This document shows, one piece after another, positions 52,201-61,010 of a DNA stretch of 64,000 bases. The stretch comes from Euglena gracilis. Lineage: Eukaryota. The first letter of the stretch is position 1. The number at the start of each line of letters is the position of its first letter. The translations under genes were made by a program, and so were the position numbers. The notes under the pieces are model-generated. The model saw only the letters and a list, made by a program, of their open reading frames with translations, was not told the origin of the DNA and ran no database searches. The DNA lies in assembly GCA_039621445.1 (NCBI GenBank), contig CP154954.1, positions 34,569,737 to 34,633,736 on the forward strand. The letters run 5' to 3'.

Positions 52201-52596
52201 TTTTTTTTGAGCCTAGAAATCTTTTTCTCTTTGGGGTTCCGCCAAGATTTTTTTTTGCATGATGGCATGCTGAAAGGGTGAGCGTAGTATTTTATTGCCA
52301 AGTGATTTATACTGGGCTTATACTTAGCACTTGTGTTTATTTGCTGTCATTCCCCCTTTTTTCGCCTACACCGAAGCCCTCTGTGGCCTGCGGCCAAGTG
52401 GGAGCGGACAAATCTGGATGCGGGCCTGGCGAGCGTCCCCGGCGGCTTCGCGTTCCCCGACATCGACGCCACCATGGACGTCTACCTCCAGTACCTGGTG
52501 GATCTGGGCTTCATGCCGCCCAACGACCGGCTGAAGCCGTCCGGGAAGACCCACCTGCTGATCACCCGCATCGCCCCCCGCCCTGACCAGCGCTGA
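18161..52596 (+). CDS. LYS2: Alpha-aminoadipate reductase (LYS2-type, NRPS-like ADA/C*-A-PCP-R), ~30 exons, start codon not located
   Basis: Hand-spliced exons give motifs in the correct order: [201 protein letters not shown] at 52594-52596. Confidence 0.93.
18380..18644 (+). CDS. LYS2: LYS2 exon: [47 protein letters not shown] (contains apparent indels)
   Basis: In-frame join across paired-end intron 18252-18379; LPLRLDFS lies in a shifted frame, implying small indels. Confidence 0.75.
18709..18741 (+). CDS. LYS2: LYS2 mini-exon (W)NDIEAAAGVSQ, needs one extra G
   Basis: Bounded by two paired-end introns (cagggctgggtgg/ccacccagcactg; cacgcaagtgc/gcaattgtgtg). Confidence 0.55.
21311..21364 (+). 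CDS. LYS2: LYS2 exon [18 protein letters not shown]
   Basis: PLF..VF motif of C domains; GT donor at 21365; in phase with the next exon. Confidence 0.75.
21771..21901 (+). CDS. LYS2: LYS2 exon [38 protein letters not shown]
   Basis: cattgcag acceptor; end-of-C-domain motif Y..LF. Confidence 0.85.
22502..22655 (+). CDS. LYS2: LYS2 exon [33 protein letters not shown]
   Basis: Resembles the LYS2 linker before the A domain; GT donor at 22656. Confidence 0.9.
22920..24910. repeat. Intronic copy or copies of the ccgaaccggcgtc element family, with a poly-T tract at 23039-23179
   Basis: Shared blocks with 3660-4700; 22940-23034 is repeated at 24808-24905. Confidence 0.7.
25291..25697. mobile_element. 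MITE (taaacccccccc-aaataatacccc TIR)
   Basis: Inverted ggggtattatttggggggggttta at the right end; internal subrepeats aataatacccc. Confidence 0.75.
26259..26997. mobile_element. MITE (aacccccc-aaaataagacccc TIR) hosting the short Foldback-family element
   Basis: Inverted ggggtcttatttttggggggggtt at the right end. Confidence 0.75.
26329..26645. mobile_element. Short (~320 bp) member of the same Foldback-like family, nested in another MITE
   Basis: Same ends (gggctcccggatctggcctggg...ccaggccaaatctacccc); one satellite monomer at ~26458-26497; flanked by the duplication cccgagggg. Confidence 0.85.
27803..27850 (+). CDS. LYS2: LYS2 exon [16 protein letters not shown] (A1 motif)
   Basis: ctctccacag acceptor; TYEEL is the A1 motif; not in the ORF track. 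Confidence 0.85.
29041..29499. mobile_element. MITE with CAGGGG...CCCCTG ends and internal (gcgcattttt)n repeats
   Basis: Inverted ends; flanking duplication cccaata. Confidence 0.75.
30739..32095. mobile_element. Two ~640-bp MITE copies in inverted orientation (~30739-31382 and ~31454-32094)
   Basis: Each copy has aacccccccc..atttaaaccgac / gtcggtttaaatggggggggtt ends; the second is the near-identical reverse complement of the first; ~70-bp gap. Confidence 0.88.
32829..32954 (+). CDS. LYS2: LYS2 exon [27 protein letters not shown]
   Basis: A1-A2 region; in frame with both neighbours. Confidence 0.9.
33209..33347 (+). CDS. LYS2: LYS2 exon [33 protein letters not shown]
   Basis: A2 motif LKAG..DPAYP; GT donor at 33348. 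Confidence 0.92.
33986..34146 (+). CDS. LYS2: LYS2 exon carrying the A3 P-loop (..AMVAFTSGSTGIPK), frameshifted as assembled; copy 1
   Basis: cccccag acceptor; [29 protein letters not shown] followed by indel-broken ttcacc..gggtccactggcatccccaag. Confidence 0.7.
34392..34620 (+). pseudogene. Second, more degraded copy of the A3 exon and its acceptor
   Basis: Parallels 33948-34144 (gctttggaggggaactc...ttcacctctgggtccact..catccccaag) with many indels; separated from copy 1 by a G-rich tract. Confidence 0.65.
36304..36365 (+). CDS. LYS2: LYS2 exon ..[18 protein letters not shown]
   Basis: Matches the LYS2 H.SL..YF.WM...F segment; 5' phase unresolved. Confidence 0.8.
36524..36625 (+). CDS. LYS2: LYS2 exon [34 protein letters not shown]
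   Basis: LYS2-characteristic A4 variant [18 protein letters not shown]. Confidence 0.95.
36857..36968 (+). CDS. LYS2: LYS2 exon [37 protein letters not shown]
   Basis: TPG.LA.WM and TPAMGQ motifs; GT donor at 36969. Confidence 0.93.
36993..37398. mobile_element. hAT-type MITE, family 1
   Basis: TIRs cagggtttgatataagga / tccttatatcgaaccctg; perfect 8-bp TSD gtgggtgc (36985-36992, 37399-37406). Confidence 0.92.
39118..40861. mobile_element. Palindromic Tc1/mariner (IS630-Tc1-mariner) derivative made of two inverted 3' ends
   Basis: TA|cagcagggaaatt...aatttccctgctg|TA; ~830-bp arms with ~80-bp spacer; each arm encodes QQDGAPAH and SPDLNPIE transposase motifs. Confidence 0.92.
40089..40662 (+). 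pseudogene. C-terminal fragment of a Tc1-like transposase (D-37-E spacing after removing intron 40186-40441); mirror copy at ~39317-39890 on the minus strand
   Basis: [47 protein letters not shown]...[20 protein letters not shown]-terminal half missing. Confidence 0.88.
41003..41107 (+). CDS. LYS2: LYS2 exon [35 protein letters not shown]
   Basis: AG and GT boundaries; FVGD.L.KRD motif. Confidence 0.93.
41190..41305 (+). CDS. LYS2: LYS2 exon [29 protein letters not shown] (A5)
   Basis: NM.GTTETQR motif; ctctcag acceptor. Confidence 0.95.
41883..42034 (+). CDS. LYS2: LYS2 exon [38 protein letters not shown] (A6)
   Basis: GE..EIYVR...L..GY motif; 3' end approximate. Confidence 0.92.
42124..42360 (+). 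repeat. (CA)n and (CACAC)n microsatellite in a LYS2 intron; similar tracts at 34640-34855, 57100-57240, 58905-59160
   Basis: Seen directly. Confidence 0.9.
42408..42594 (+). CDS. LYS2: LYS2 exon ..[47 protein letters not shown] (A7-A8)
   Basis: Canonical A7 and A8 motifs; 5' end approximate. Confidence 0.95.
42770..42866 (+). CDS. LYS2: LYS2 exon [22 protein letters not shown]
   Basis: In frame between two paired-end introns. Confidence 0.9.
42988..43086 (+). CDS. LYS2: LYS2 exon [33 protein letters not shown] (A9-A10)
   Basis: PSYMVP and PLTPNGKI motifs; GT donor at 43087. Confidence 0.95.
43459..43585 (+). CDS. LYS2: LYS2 exon [27 protein letters not shown] (A-PCP linker and PCP helix 1)
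   Basis: AG and GT boundaries; in frame. Confidence 0.9.
43910..44034 (+). CDS. LYS2: LYS2 exon [25 protein letters not shown] (PCP, phosphopantetheine Ser)
   Basis: FF..GGHSL motif; ccacag acceptor. Confidence 0.95.
44367..44516 (+). CDS. LYS2: LYS2 exon [27 protein letters not shown] (PCP-R linker)
   Basis: GC-rich coding-like segment in frame with neighbours; GT at 44517. Confidence 0.8.
47152..47540. mobile_element. hAT-type MITE, family 1 (second copy)
   Basis: Homologous to 36993-37398; perfect 8-bp TSD gggttggg (47144-47151, 47541-47548). Confidence 0.92.
48386..48570. mobile_element. hAT-type MITE, family 2
   Basis: cagggtttttttt...aaaaaaacccctg; TSD gctgaaat/cctgaaat (7 of 8 match). 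Confidence 0.85.
48752..48877 (+). CDS. LYS2: LYS2 exon [31 protein letters not shown] (R-domain Rossmann motif)
   Basis: TGxxGFxG NAD(P)H-binding motif; ctcacag acceptor. Confidence 0.93.
49492..49703 (+). CDS. LYS2: LYS2 exon [44 protein letters not shown]
   Basis: Thioester-reductase motifs; 5' end approximate. Confidence 0.93.
50068..50172 (+). CDS. LYS2: LYS2 exon [35 protein letters not shown]
   Basis: HIST motif of SDR-type R domains. Confidence 0.9.
50275..50411 (+). CDS. LYS2: LYS2 exon [28 protein letters not shown] (YxxxK catalytic motif)
   Basis: GY.QSKWVA motif; GT donor at 50412. Confidence 0.95.
50958..51195 (+). CDS. LYS2: LYS2 exon [36 protein letters not shown]
   Basis: TDDFL.R.LKG..QLG and PVDYVA motifs; AG and GT boundaries. 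Confidence 0.95.
51772..51815 (+). CDS. LYS2: LYS2 exon [14 protein letters not shown]
   Basis: ggacag acceptor; GY.V..V.Y..W motif. Confidence 0.88.
52039..52148 (+). CDS. LYS2: LYS2 exon [30 protein letters not shown]
   Basis: NAL..L motif; junction position ambiguous within the direct repeat gtggcagc. Confidence 0.85.
52396..52596 (+). CDS. LYS2: LYS2 last exon [27 protein letters not shown]
   Basis: Y..YL...GF.P C-terminal R-domain motif; TGA stop. Confidence 0.92.
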   Translation, partial: KWERTNLDAGLASVPGGFAFPDIDATMDVYLQYLVDLGFMPPNDRLKPSGKTHLLITRIAPRPDQR

Positions 52597-52599
52597 GAA

Positions 52600-52883
52600 C
52601 AGGGGTTTTTTGAGTCTCGGACCCCCTGGGGGAGGGGGGTAGGGTGGGTGGGTCCCTTGGACCCCCTCCTCTCCCGAGGGGGTGGGGGTAGGGTCTGGGT
52701 ATATCTTTTTTGGCGCCGAAAATTTTGAATAAGGTGCTATTTTTGGCATTTTTGGCCATTTTCCGGCAAAACTGGGTGGGTCCCCCGGGACCCCCCCCCC
52801 CCCGGGGGGGGCGGCCCAACCCCAGGGGGTTGGTGGGTGGGTGCCGACCCCCTCCCCCCCCCCCGGTCTCAAAAAAACCCCTG
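52600..52883. mobile_element. hAT-type MITE, family 2, inserted at the LYS2 stop codon
   Basis: caggggttttttgag...ctcaaaaaaacccctg; perfect TSD gctgagaa (52592-52599, 52884-52891). Confidence 0.92.
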
Positions 52884-54340
52884 GCTGAGAAACGGCCTTC
52901 CTCCGTATGACTGTAATGAATGGTCAGCTGCGTGCGCAGGGTGCCGCATGCACAAGTTGTCACGGGGTCAGAAAGCGCGCTGTAATCCATCCCACTGTGA
53001 TCTTGGACGGAACTGCTTTCTGAACACTTTAGTCGAAGAGAACGAACCGCTTTGAAGCCTTTTAAACTCTGAAAACCCTTTGGAGATGGTTTGGGGCAGG
53101 GCCAAGATTCAACACCTGTGTGACCCCCCAGTGGGTGCGGGGTGGTTTGGCTGTTGGACCCCCCTTGGGGGGGGGCGATGGGCCGAAAAACATTTTCCAG
53201 CTTTTTCAGCCCATTTTGGGTGGGTTTGGCTGGTTGGGTGGGCCACCACCAGATGCGTGCCACTTTGGAGGGGATGCCAGCCAGCTGTGTGGTATGTGGT
53301 TTTTTTGGCGCGTTGAGAAACACCGACCAGGGACAAAGTCCTTGCGAGGCCGTGCCTTGCTCGCCAGCGGTGCTTTTCTGGATGGGTTTGGGGTCCCTGT
53401 TTGCGGACGATATGGCGCCTACCTGGCTTCTTGTCCCTTCCCTCCTCTTCCTTCCCCCTGGCCCCCATTTCCCGCCGGCGGCGGGCTTGAAGTTCCTGGT
53501 TCATTTTCTTTGGCATTTTGCAGTGAGTGACGCTTTTGACTCACATGCCTTGCTCGCCGGAGGCCCTCTGGATTGTTGCCTGTCGATTTGGATGAAGGAA
53601 CCTGCCTTCAACAACGCGCACGCTCAAAGAGGCCTTCAAAATTTTGGCCCAGCTGCCGGACTTCTTCCTGCGTTCGCTACCCCACTCCCCCGAAGTTTTC
53701 TATTTTTCTCCGAATGGTGCGTCGGGAGACAAACGCTAAATTTCAGAGAGAGAAAAAATAGCGGCAACCAACTTGCATCCGGACGATGCGCTTCAAACGC
53801 AACTTTTTGGCCTTTCAGCACCTGGAATTCGCTCCAATTCGGGGCTGGCCTTTCAGCACCCGGAATTCGCTCCAATTGGGGTTCTGGCCTTCAAAATCTC
53901 TGTGACACATGGAAATAAAATTCCATATGCAGCCCAGGTCTGTGCGAGGAACGATGACGGTGCAGATAGGTGCAAATATTACAACCAACAGCAATTTAAT
54001 GGGGGAAAGAAAGGATAACCGTCGCGAGGCTGACGGCCATGCTGGGCTGCCATCACTTGCCCCTGTGCCACCGGACTCAGAATTGCCGGAATCCTCACGT
54101 GCAGCATCATCAAGAAGCAAACCACCTGAAAAAAAGTTGAGGAAAAATCTCAAGACTGAGAAAATAAAAATTCACACATTGAACATGTTTTCCCAAGCAG
54201 GGGCAAGGGTTGTGCATCGCAGACCATTCCATGCACCAAACAACGTAAAATGAGGCAGCATTCAGAGGAGGCCTGCGTAACGCTGTAATATCGCTGTAGC
54301 TGCCAACACAAGCACGTGACGCGTCCCGCCGGGGTCAGCG

Positions 54341-55850
54341 TCAGATGAACACCTCCATCCGGGACCCAATACCTCGGCGGCACATGGGGCGGCTCCGGGC
54401 TGTGGGCGGTCCAGCAACCCCCATGCCGCGGAGTCGGCGGAAAGAGACTTTGACGACTTTGACAAAGTCTCCCCCTCCCCTGCAAGTCCTGCCAGCCACT
54501 TTTCTTGCAATAACAACCCCCACACACGTCTCCAAACAAAGCCACAGCGGTAACACGATGGTTCACTTGCTGTGCCTTCTGGCCGAATCGCCTCCCCTGC
54601 CAGCCCAATTTCACCATTTCCCCCGTTTCAAGCCAGTCCCCAAATTTGTTGGGGGGGGGGCACGCTTGGTTTTGTCACCACGGCCTGGTCAGTCCGACAG
54701 GGACGCCCCGCACGGCGCGCAGCAGCACAGGTGCCGGCATGGCAGGAACGGCGTCGGGCGGCTGACGCGTGGAGTGTTGCGTTAACCACCCTAATGAATT
54801 TTGGAGCCTTTTGTTTGTCTTTTTAATAACTCACTCCTAAATAACTCTAGCCAGTGGGCGGGGGATACCTGTCACAGCATATGCAAGCTGTGACCCACAC
54901 CTGCGCTTTTCGTGCGCCTGCTGGTATTTGCATTCTTTCGAGGGGACATCTGTAACGTTGGGAACCATTGCTTGGACCCTCAACAACGTGGGTCACGCAC
55001 TTCGGGAGGGGGCAAGTTGACGAAGGGGCCAACGAGCTGGGGAAGGGGATGGGAATGAACCGGTGGGTGTGCGTGGTGCTCCAAGCAAAACGGCTCAGCA
55101 GGCAAACTCGAACCTGTGGTTAAATTTTGCCAAGAGACTGGCCATGTTTGAACGAAAGCAGGGAAACCAGCTGGCTGCCGCGTGCATGGAACCATCAGGG
55201 GGGGGGGGAAATTGATATCGGAGGCCTTCGGAAAAATTGCGGAAAAATTGCGGAAAAATTGCGGAAATTGCGGAAAAAATGATATCGGGTATACACATTT
55301 CTGCTTGGGGGGGCTTAGAAAATTTTCAATTGTGAGGTTCAGAACACCGCAACACCCACGTCGATGCAGGCGAGCACAAATCAACACGCTTGATGTTCTT
55401 TGCACAGGTGGGACGCACCCAATCCTGTGACCAGTGGTGCACCTGTGAGAAAAATTGGTAAACTGGGGGGGGGAACAACAAAACACAATAGCACACCTGT
55501 TGATCCATTTGAAGAATGGCTTGAACTCATTGCATCTTCCATCTTCGGTGGTGGGGAAAAAATTCTTCAAAAAAATGGTGAAAAATTGCGGAAAAATTGC
55601 GGAAATTGCGGAAAAATTGCGGAAATTGCGGAAAAATTGCGGATATCAATTTCCCCCCCCCTGAACCATGGCGCCGGACGGCTGAACAAACCCCACTTTT
55701 GGTGTGCACTGCCCATGTGCCAAGCCCAAACACCCCCGCCACCTCGCCCGGCAGCCCCGCGGCCACCGTGCGGCGGCCCCGCGCCATGCACACCACGCAC
55801 TCCTGGCCCTCGGCCTCCGGCGGCCGGGGCCACGCCGCGGTTCCTCCCGC
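54341..55850 (-). CDS. 3' exons of a RING-HC (C3HC4) finger protein, probable E3 ubiquitin ligase; exons ~55850-55762, 54749-54691, 54390-54341
   Basis: Splicing two non-GT-AG introns gives ECVVCMARGRRTVAFLPCRHLCCCAPCGASLSDCPMCRRGIGSRMEVFI*, a complete C-terminal RING with all 8 ligands. Confidence 0.88.
55196..55663. mobile_element. MITE with TIR cagggggggg..aaattgatatc and internal (gcggaaaaatt)n, inside an intron of the RING gene
   Basis: Inverted gatatcaatttcccccccccctg; flanking duplication aaccat. Confidence 0.75.
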
Positions 55851-55905
55851 GAAGAGAGCACGCCCACCGGGGGCTTTCTCACGACCCCCCGCCCGCGGCA
55901 CGGGT

Positions 55906-55943
<38 letters not shown>

Positions 55944-56299
55944 GGTTAGGCAGGGGTGGGGGGGGGGGGGCTCCGCCCCTAAAGGAATTTCATGGAGAAA
56001 CTTCACTGGTGAAGTTCACCGGTGGAGTTCTGCTGTTGCTGCTGCTGCTGCTGCTGCTGCTGGAGATCAGGCGGTGAACTTTGGGTTTTTCGGGCGGGAC
56101 CCCCCCCTCTTCATTGGAAATACATGGACGAACTTCACCGGTGACGCCAAAGAAAGGCTCAAGACAGAGAAGCTGTTGAAAGCCAGAGAGCCATTGAACA
56201 AACCCCAAGTTGGGACCAAAATGGCAGCCCAAGTCAGCAAGCTACCCGAATTTTGAACATGACGCTTTCAGCCTCACTGAGAAGAAGAACAAGTCATTC

Positions 56300-58926
56300 A
56301 GTCATTCAGGGGCGAAAAGCCGCGCCAACTCTGCGAGCCGTTCGGTGAGCGGCGTCGCCCCACACTTGCCATTTTCGCCATTTTCGACTGGGGGGCCATG
56401 GGCTGTGGTCGGCCAGGCGAGGACGGGGGGAGGGGTTGTGGGGGGGGGGGGCTTTGGCGGGAAACTGCCCGAGGGAGCAAACCGAGAGGGCCCGCCTGAA
56501 CCGCGGCGGTGGCTGCTGGGGGGCGGCGGTCAACGTCGCCCAGCGGGTCCCTGGCAGGATGGGCCGCTGCCGCGCGCTGCGGTGCACGGCCGGTGGTGGG
56601 CTGCAGCCGAGGCGCTGGGGGTGCGAGGGGGGCTCCCGCGCAGCGACGCCCCTCCCCTCCACACCGCCGCTGTGGTTCATTTTGATCGCGTCGGTGGTGC
56701 TTTGGCCAGCCTCCCTCGGTGCGGCAAAATCCGCAAGCAAACCACCTCAACGGGCGTGCCCTCTTCAAACACTGAGAAGATGGGTCAGCCGCTGTGGCAG
56801 ACGGTAATATTGAACGCAAGGCGTTGGGGGTGGACTGACTTTGGCTGGAACGCTGCACTGGGTGGGTACCACGGCCAGAGGGCACCGCTGGCCTGGGTGC
56901 GGCCGGCTGCTGTGGGTCCCGCCCCCCGCCACGCCGAACGTCCCCTTGCCAGGGGTGGCGGAGCGGGCAGGATGAGCCCCGGGGAGGCGACCTGCGGGCC
57001 GCATGGGGAAGTCGCGGTGCACCGAGGGGTTTGGGGCTTTTGCACACAAACACCCACGCCAACACATTTTCCACAATTCCCACATGTGCTTGTGTGCAGG
57101 CACACGCACACACACGCACACATGCACACACATGTACTCATACCCACACACACTGGTACACACACACAGACACACAGACACACACAGACACACACAGACA
57201 AAACAAGCATACACACACACACACACACTCACACTCACAAACATTGTCTGAACATTGTCTGAATTCCCCCCAAAACTGCGGAAATTTTGGCATGTCAAGG
57301 AGGGACATGGTCAAACCCTTTGTCCACGTCTCTCCCTTGATTTGACGGAAACAACAATGAAGTGGAAGGGGAAGAATGGTAAATAGCACTGGGACCCTCT
57401 TTGTTGCAGTGCACAACTTCCTCCAGGCCATCATTAAAACGCTCCCGGCATCCCTTTCAACACGAGGGAACAGCAGAACAGAATCGACAGGACCCCCAAG
57501 TGCGGCGGAGAGGTTGGCCTTGGGAGAGGCCCCGGGGCGTTCGCTGGGCGGGGATGGCACCGAAACATTCAAATCAGAGGATTCCGCCACGACCCCACCG
57601 ATGTACGTTGGTGCCGAGGTGTTCCTTGGGATTGGCTCCGGCCCCTCAGAGAAAGAATTGATTGCCGTCCTTCGTGACGCATTGTCCCCGGAGAATGCAG
57701 AAGAGGGCACACCCGCGGGGTTGACGTCGGCCTGGGGAATCCCCTGGCCCCAGTCATCGTCTATGAAATACTTGGCCGTGCGTTCTAACGGCGGCAGGGC
57801 CAGAGGTTTTTCAGGACTTGGGGAGCTCCCACCCACCCACCCTCTGGGGGGAATTGGGAACCCACTTCAAGGGGGTCGAATTTGAGGTGCAAACCACTAT
57901 TTTCTTGCGTCAAAAACAGAGGAACCCCCCGGGGCCTCTGGGGGGACCCGCTCGGCATGTCCCTCTCCTGCTCCAGGCATTTTTTAAAAGCGCCTTAAAG
58001 AGTCAAAAACCTAAGGGAACCTTAAATTTTTTGTCCAAAAAATGCCGAAAATTCCTCAAAAAATTCAAAAATTCAAAAAATCCTCATTCTGGCAGAATTT
58101 TATCTAATTCAGCAAAAAATGAAATTGCAAAATCTCCGCAAAAACAGGCCAACCCTGGGGGAAAAAAATAATTCTGGCATCGATGGTACATTGTCTATCC
58201 ACCCAAATTAGGTTTTCAGATTTCTTGATTTTCGACCCGCACCGACGTTTGTGTTCATTTTTTCGACATTGGGTTCGCTGTGTACCCCGTAGAGGCCAAT
58301 ATAACAACGTTGAGGGGTTCAGCTGTTTGCATATGAGAATTTCGAAACCCGAACCATATTTTTTCAAAAACCTCATCAACTTTGGAGTTGTTCAACAATT
58401 GGTTGGGCTGCGGCCAGCCACAGCCGAAGGCGATCCAACCACAGAAAGATGCCTCCCTGTTGGTTGGACCGGCCGCGGTGCCACCAGTCAGCCGAGATGA
58501 AGTGGCTTGGTTGGCTGCGGCCGGCCACGGTCGGCCAACCAAAATGTGAGCTAACCTCCCACGGCCATCAATTCCCCCCCTCCCCAGGGTCCCCGACCTT
58601 TAAAAAATTCTTTGCATGAGTCCCTTGTGAGTTGGTTGACACGAAACTCCGATGACAGGACTGTGTCCTACCACTGCCACTGGCGGCCGGCATCGACCCC
58701 CCACCGGGGCCTTCCAGGCAGATCCCCCCGCCACGAAGCTGTGTGGGATGGGGTGGCGACCCGCTGGACCTGGCCGGGGGAGGGGGAGGGGACGGGGGAG
58801 GGAGGGGAGGAGGGATTGGGGACTGCCACGTCGAAATGGGGGCGATCCACGTTGCAGGGCTCTGCATTGCACTTTGAGTGGCGGCGGGTGGAAGGGGCTC
58901 AGCAGATGTGTGTATGTGTGCGTTGA

Positions 58927-58958
<32 letters not shown>

Positions 58959-61010
58959 TGTGGGTGGGTGGGTGGGTGGGTGGGTGGGTGTGCTGAGTGA
59001 GGGAGTGACTGTGTGTGTGCGTCTGCGCACATGTGTGCGTGGGCATGCGCGCCTGCGTGCGTGCAGGTGGGCGCGTCGGGTGTGAGTGTGCGGTGGGCGC
59101 GTCGGGTGTGAGTGCGCGCTCACATGTGTGTCTGTTTGCGTGTGTGGGTGTACGTGTGTTGCGTCTGCACATAAATCCACACCAAATATTCAAAAAAGCA
59201 AACTTGAATTTACAGCGCTGCTGGGCTGGCAATTTTTCCCGCTGTGGTGGCAAATTTTGTTTCCACCGCAGACACAGCACAGAATTCCTTCAGCTTCTTT
59301 GCAGCTTTCGACAACTTTTCTGGTGCCGTGGTGCTCGCGGCACACACTTTAAATACTGCTGCGGCGCACGGGGCACACAACAAAACAATCTGCTATGGAA
59401 CAGCCAGTAGCAAAAACAATTTTCCGTGGTGGCGGCGGCACAAGAAAACATTTCTCCGGCTTCACTAATGACAAGTGTGCGCCTGTGCAGGTCATCGCAA
59501 CTTGAGCCCTGCTCCACATCAGGCATCAAATACGTGGAGGCCGCAAGGACGGGGCTGCCCACGATGGTGGCGCTGCTGGCGGCACGCATCCCACCTCCAT
59601 CGACGCCCCCCCCCCCCACCAAGCCAGCCATGGCAATTCTGCAGGCTTACACCAGGGACGGAACGCCTGCGTCATACGTGGCGTGGTAGTCCTGCAGCGG
59701 AACGGTGTAGGTGGCGGACGCCGGGAGGCACGCCGGAGGGGGGGAGGTGGGGGTCGGAGGCGGGAGGACCCCGTTGGGGGGGGGGGTCCGACCGTTACGC
59801 AGCAGGCGTTTCAAGGTCTCAGTTGTCGGAGTCAGCCATCCATTGGGTCGCCCGTTGGTGACAAAACAACCCCAGCGTTTACATTTTTTTTCACACCCGT
59901 AGGCATTAATCCGGCTGGCACACCAGAATACCCATCCCTGGGAACATAATGGGAACCCCCAAACGGTTTCCAATTTAAGGGCCATATGACCGGTTCCCAT
60001 AGGACTGCATCCTCCTCTGCCCCGGACACCCAGCCAGCCACTTCCGAATAAGACGTCACCCCCAGGAGGAGCTGCGACAACAAAAGCGGCTGGGGTTGGT
60101 CATCCCCCCCCCATGCCTCCCAGCAACGGGGCGCTCGGAGGGTATCGCCAGGGGCTGGGGCCGGGAGAGCCGTAGGGGGCCCCACACTGGAGGGCCGGGA
60201 TTGGCGTTGGGGATGCCGTGGCCAGGCACCTTTGTCGGGGGGGGGGGACCTCCAGCGGAGTGCAATGGATGGGTTCAGGTCCGCCAATGAAATATGATGT
60301 TTGCCGATGGACACGTGCGATCATTGATGGGAAAGAACTCAACTCTTCCCATCACGGGATGCACACTGCAAAACTGCAACTCTAAATGACAGCAGCGATT
60401 CAGCGTTCCAGCAGCGATTCATGCCACAATTTGCGTGGTGTGGCAGACTGGCTTCAAAACGAATCAGTCAGAAACGGGCCTTTTTTTTGGAATCAGGGTT
60501 CATTTCGAACGCTTTGAGATGCTAACGATGGACAGGAAATCTATCCTTGATGCAAATAAGAAAAACACACAAACACAAAGGAAAAAAGTCTGTGTGGACT
60601 GTAACAAGAGTGGCCATGGAAAATTCTTTGCCGAATTCATTTTTGCACTTCTCTGCAGCCCACCTGAGATGCTCAGATACGCCGAACTAAGCCAACTGTC
60701 TCCAAATCAAACTTTACTATGGCTGCTGTGTTCCACGGGCCCATCAGAGCCTGGGTGGGGCGGCATGCTGCCGGGGCCGGCCGAGCACCGGCGTGACACA
60801 GCGGCGGGCAGCGACCGGAGGGGTGGGGGACCGGCGGCTGCGGCCGGCGCCGGTCCGGTACGGGACGGGGGAGCGGGGGTGCTGGGGCAGCCCGGCGCCC
60901 CGCATCCCGCCGGCCGCAGGGCCGGGCCCCCTTTCGCGCCCTTCGGCAACCCGCATCCGTTGGCATAATTTCGGAATTGCGCACGCCCTTGGCACGGTGT
61001 ATCACGTTGG
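56300..61010 (-). CDS. Probable upstream exons of the RING gene (Pro/Ala/Gly/Ser-rich, likely disordered); candidate blocks ~56480-57000, ~57400-57830, ~59430-59780, ~60010-60280, ~60750-61000
   Basis: GC-rich non-repeat blocks with open minus-strand frames alternating with AT-rich or microsatellite DNA; no recognisable domain; boundaries unresolved. Confidence 0.35.

Noticed and set aside
18161-52596. Secondary-metabolite NRPS cluster, or LYS2 pseudogene
   Set aside because: Single A-PCP-R module with LYS2 signatures and no tailoring genes; indels are confined to two low-quality patches while the other exons splice in frame.
53815-54153. Minus-strand ORF with an AG acceptor-like site and PIC motif as the end of the RING gene
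   Set aside because: The RING is completed and terminated by 54390-54341; this segment lies past the stop and has no supporting motif.
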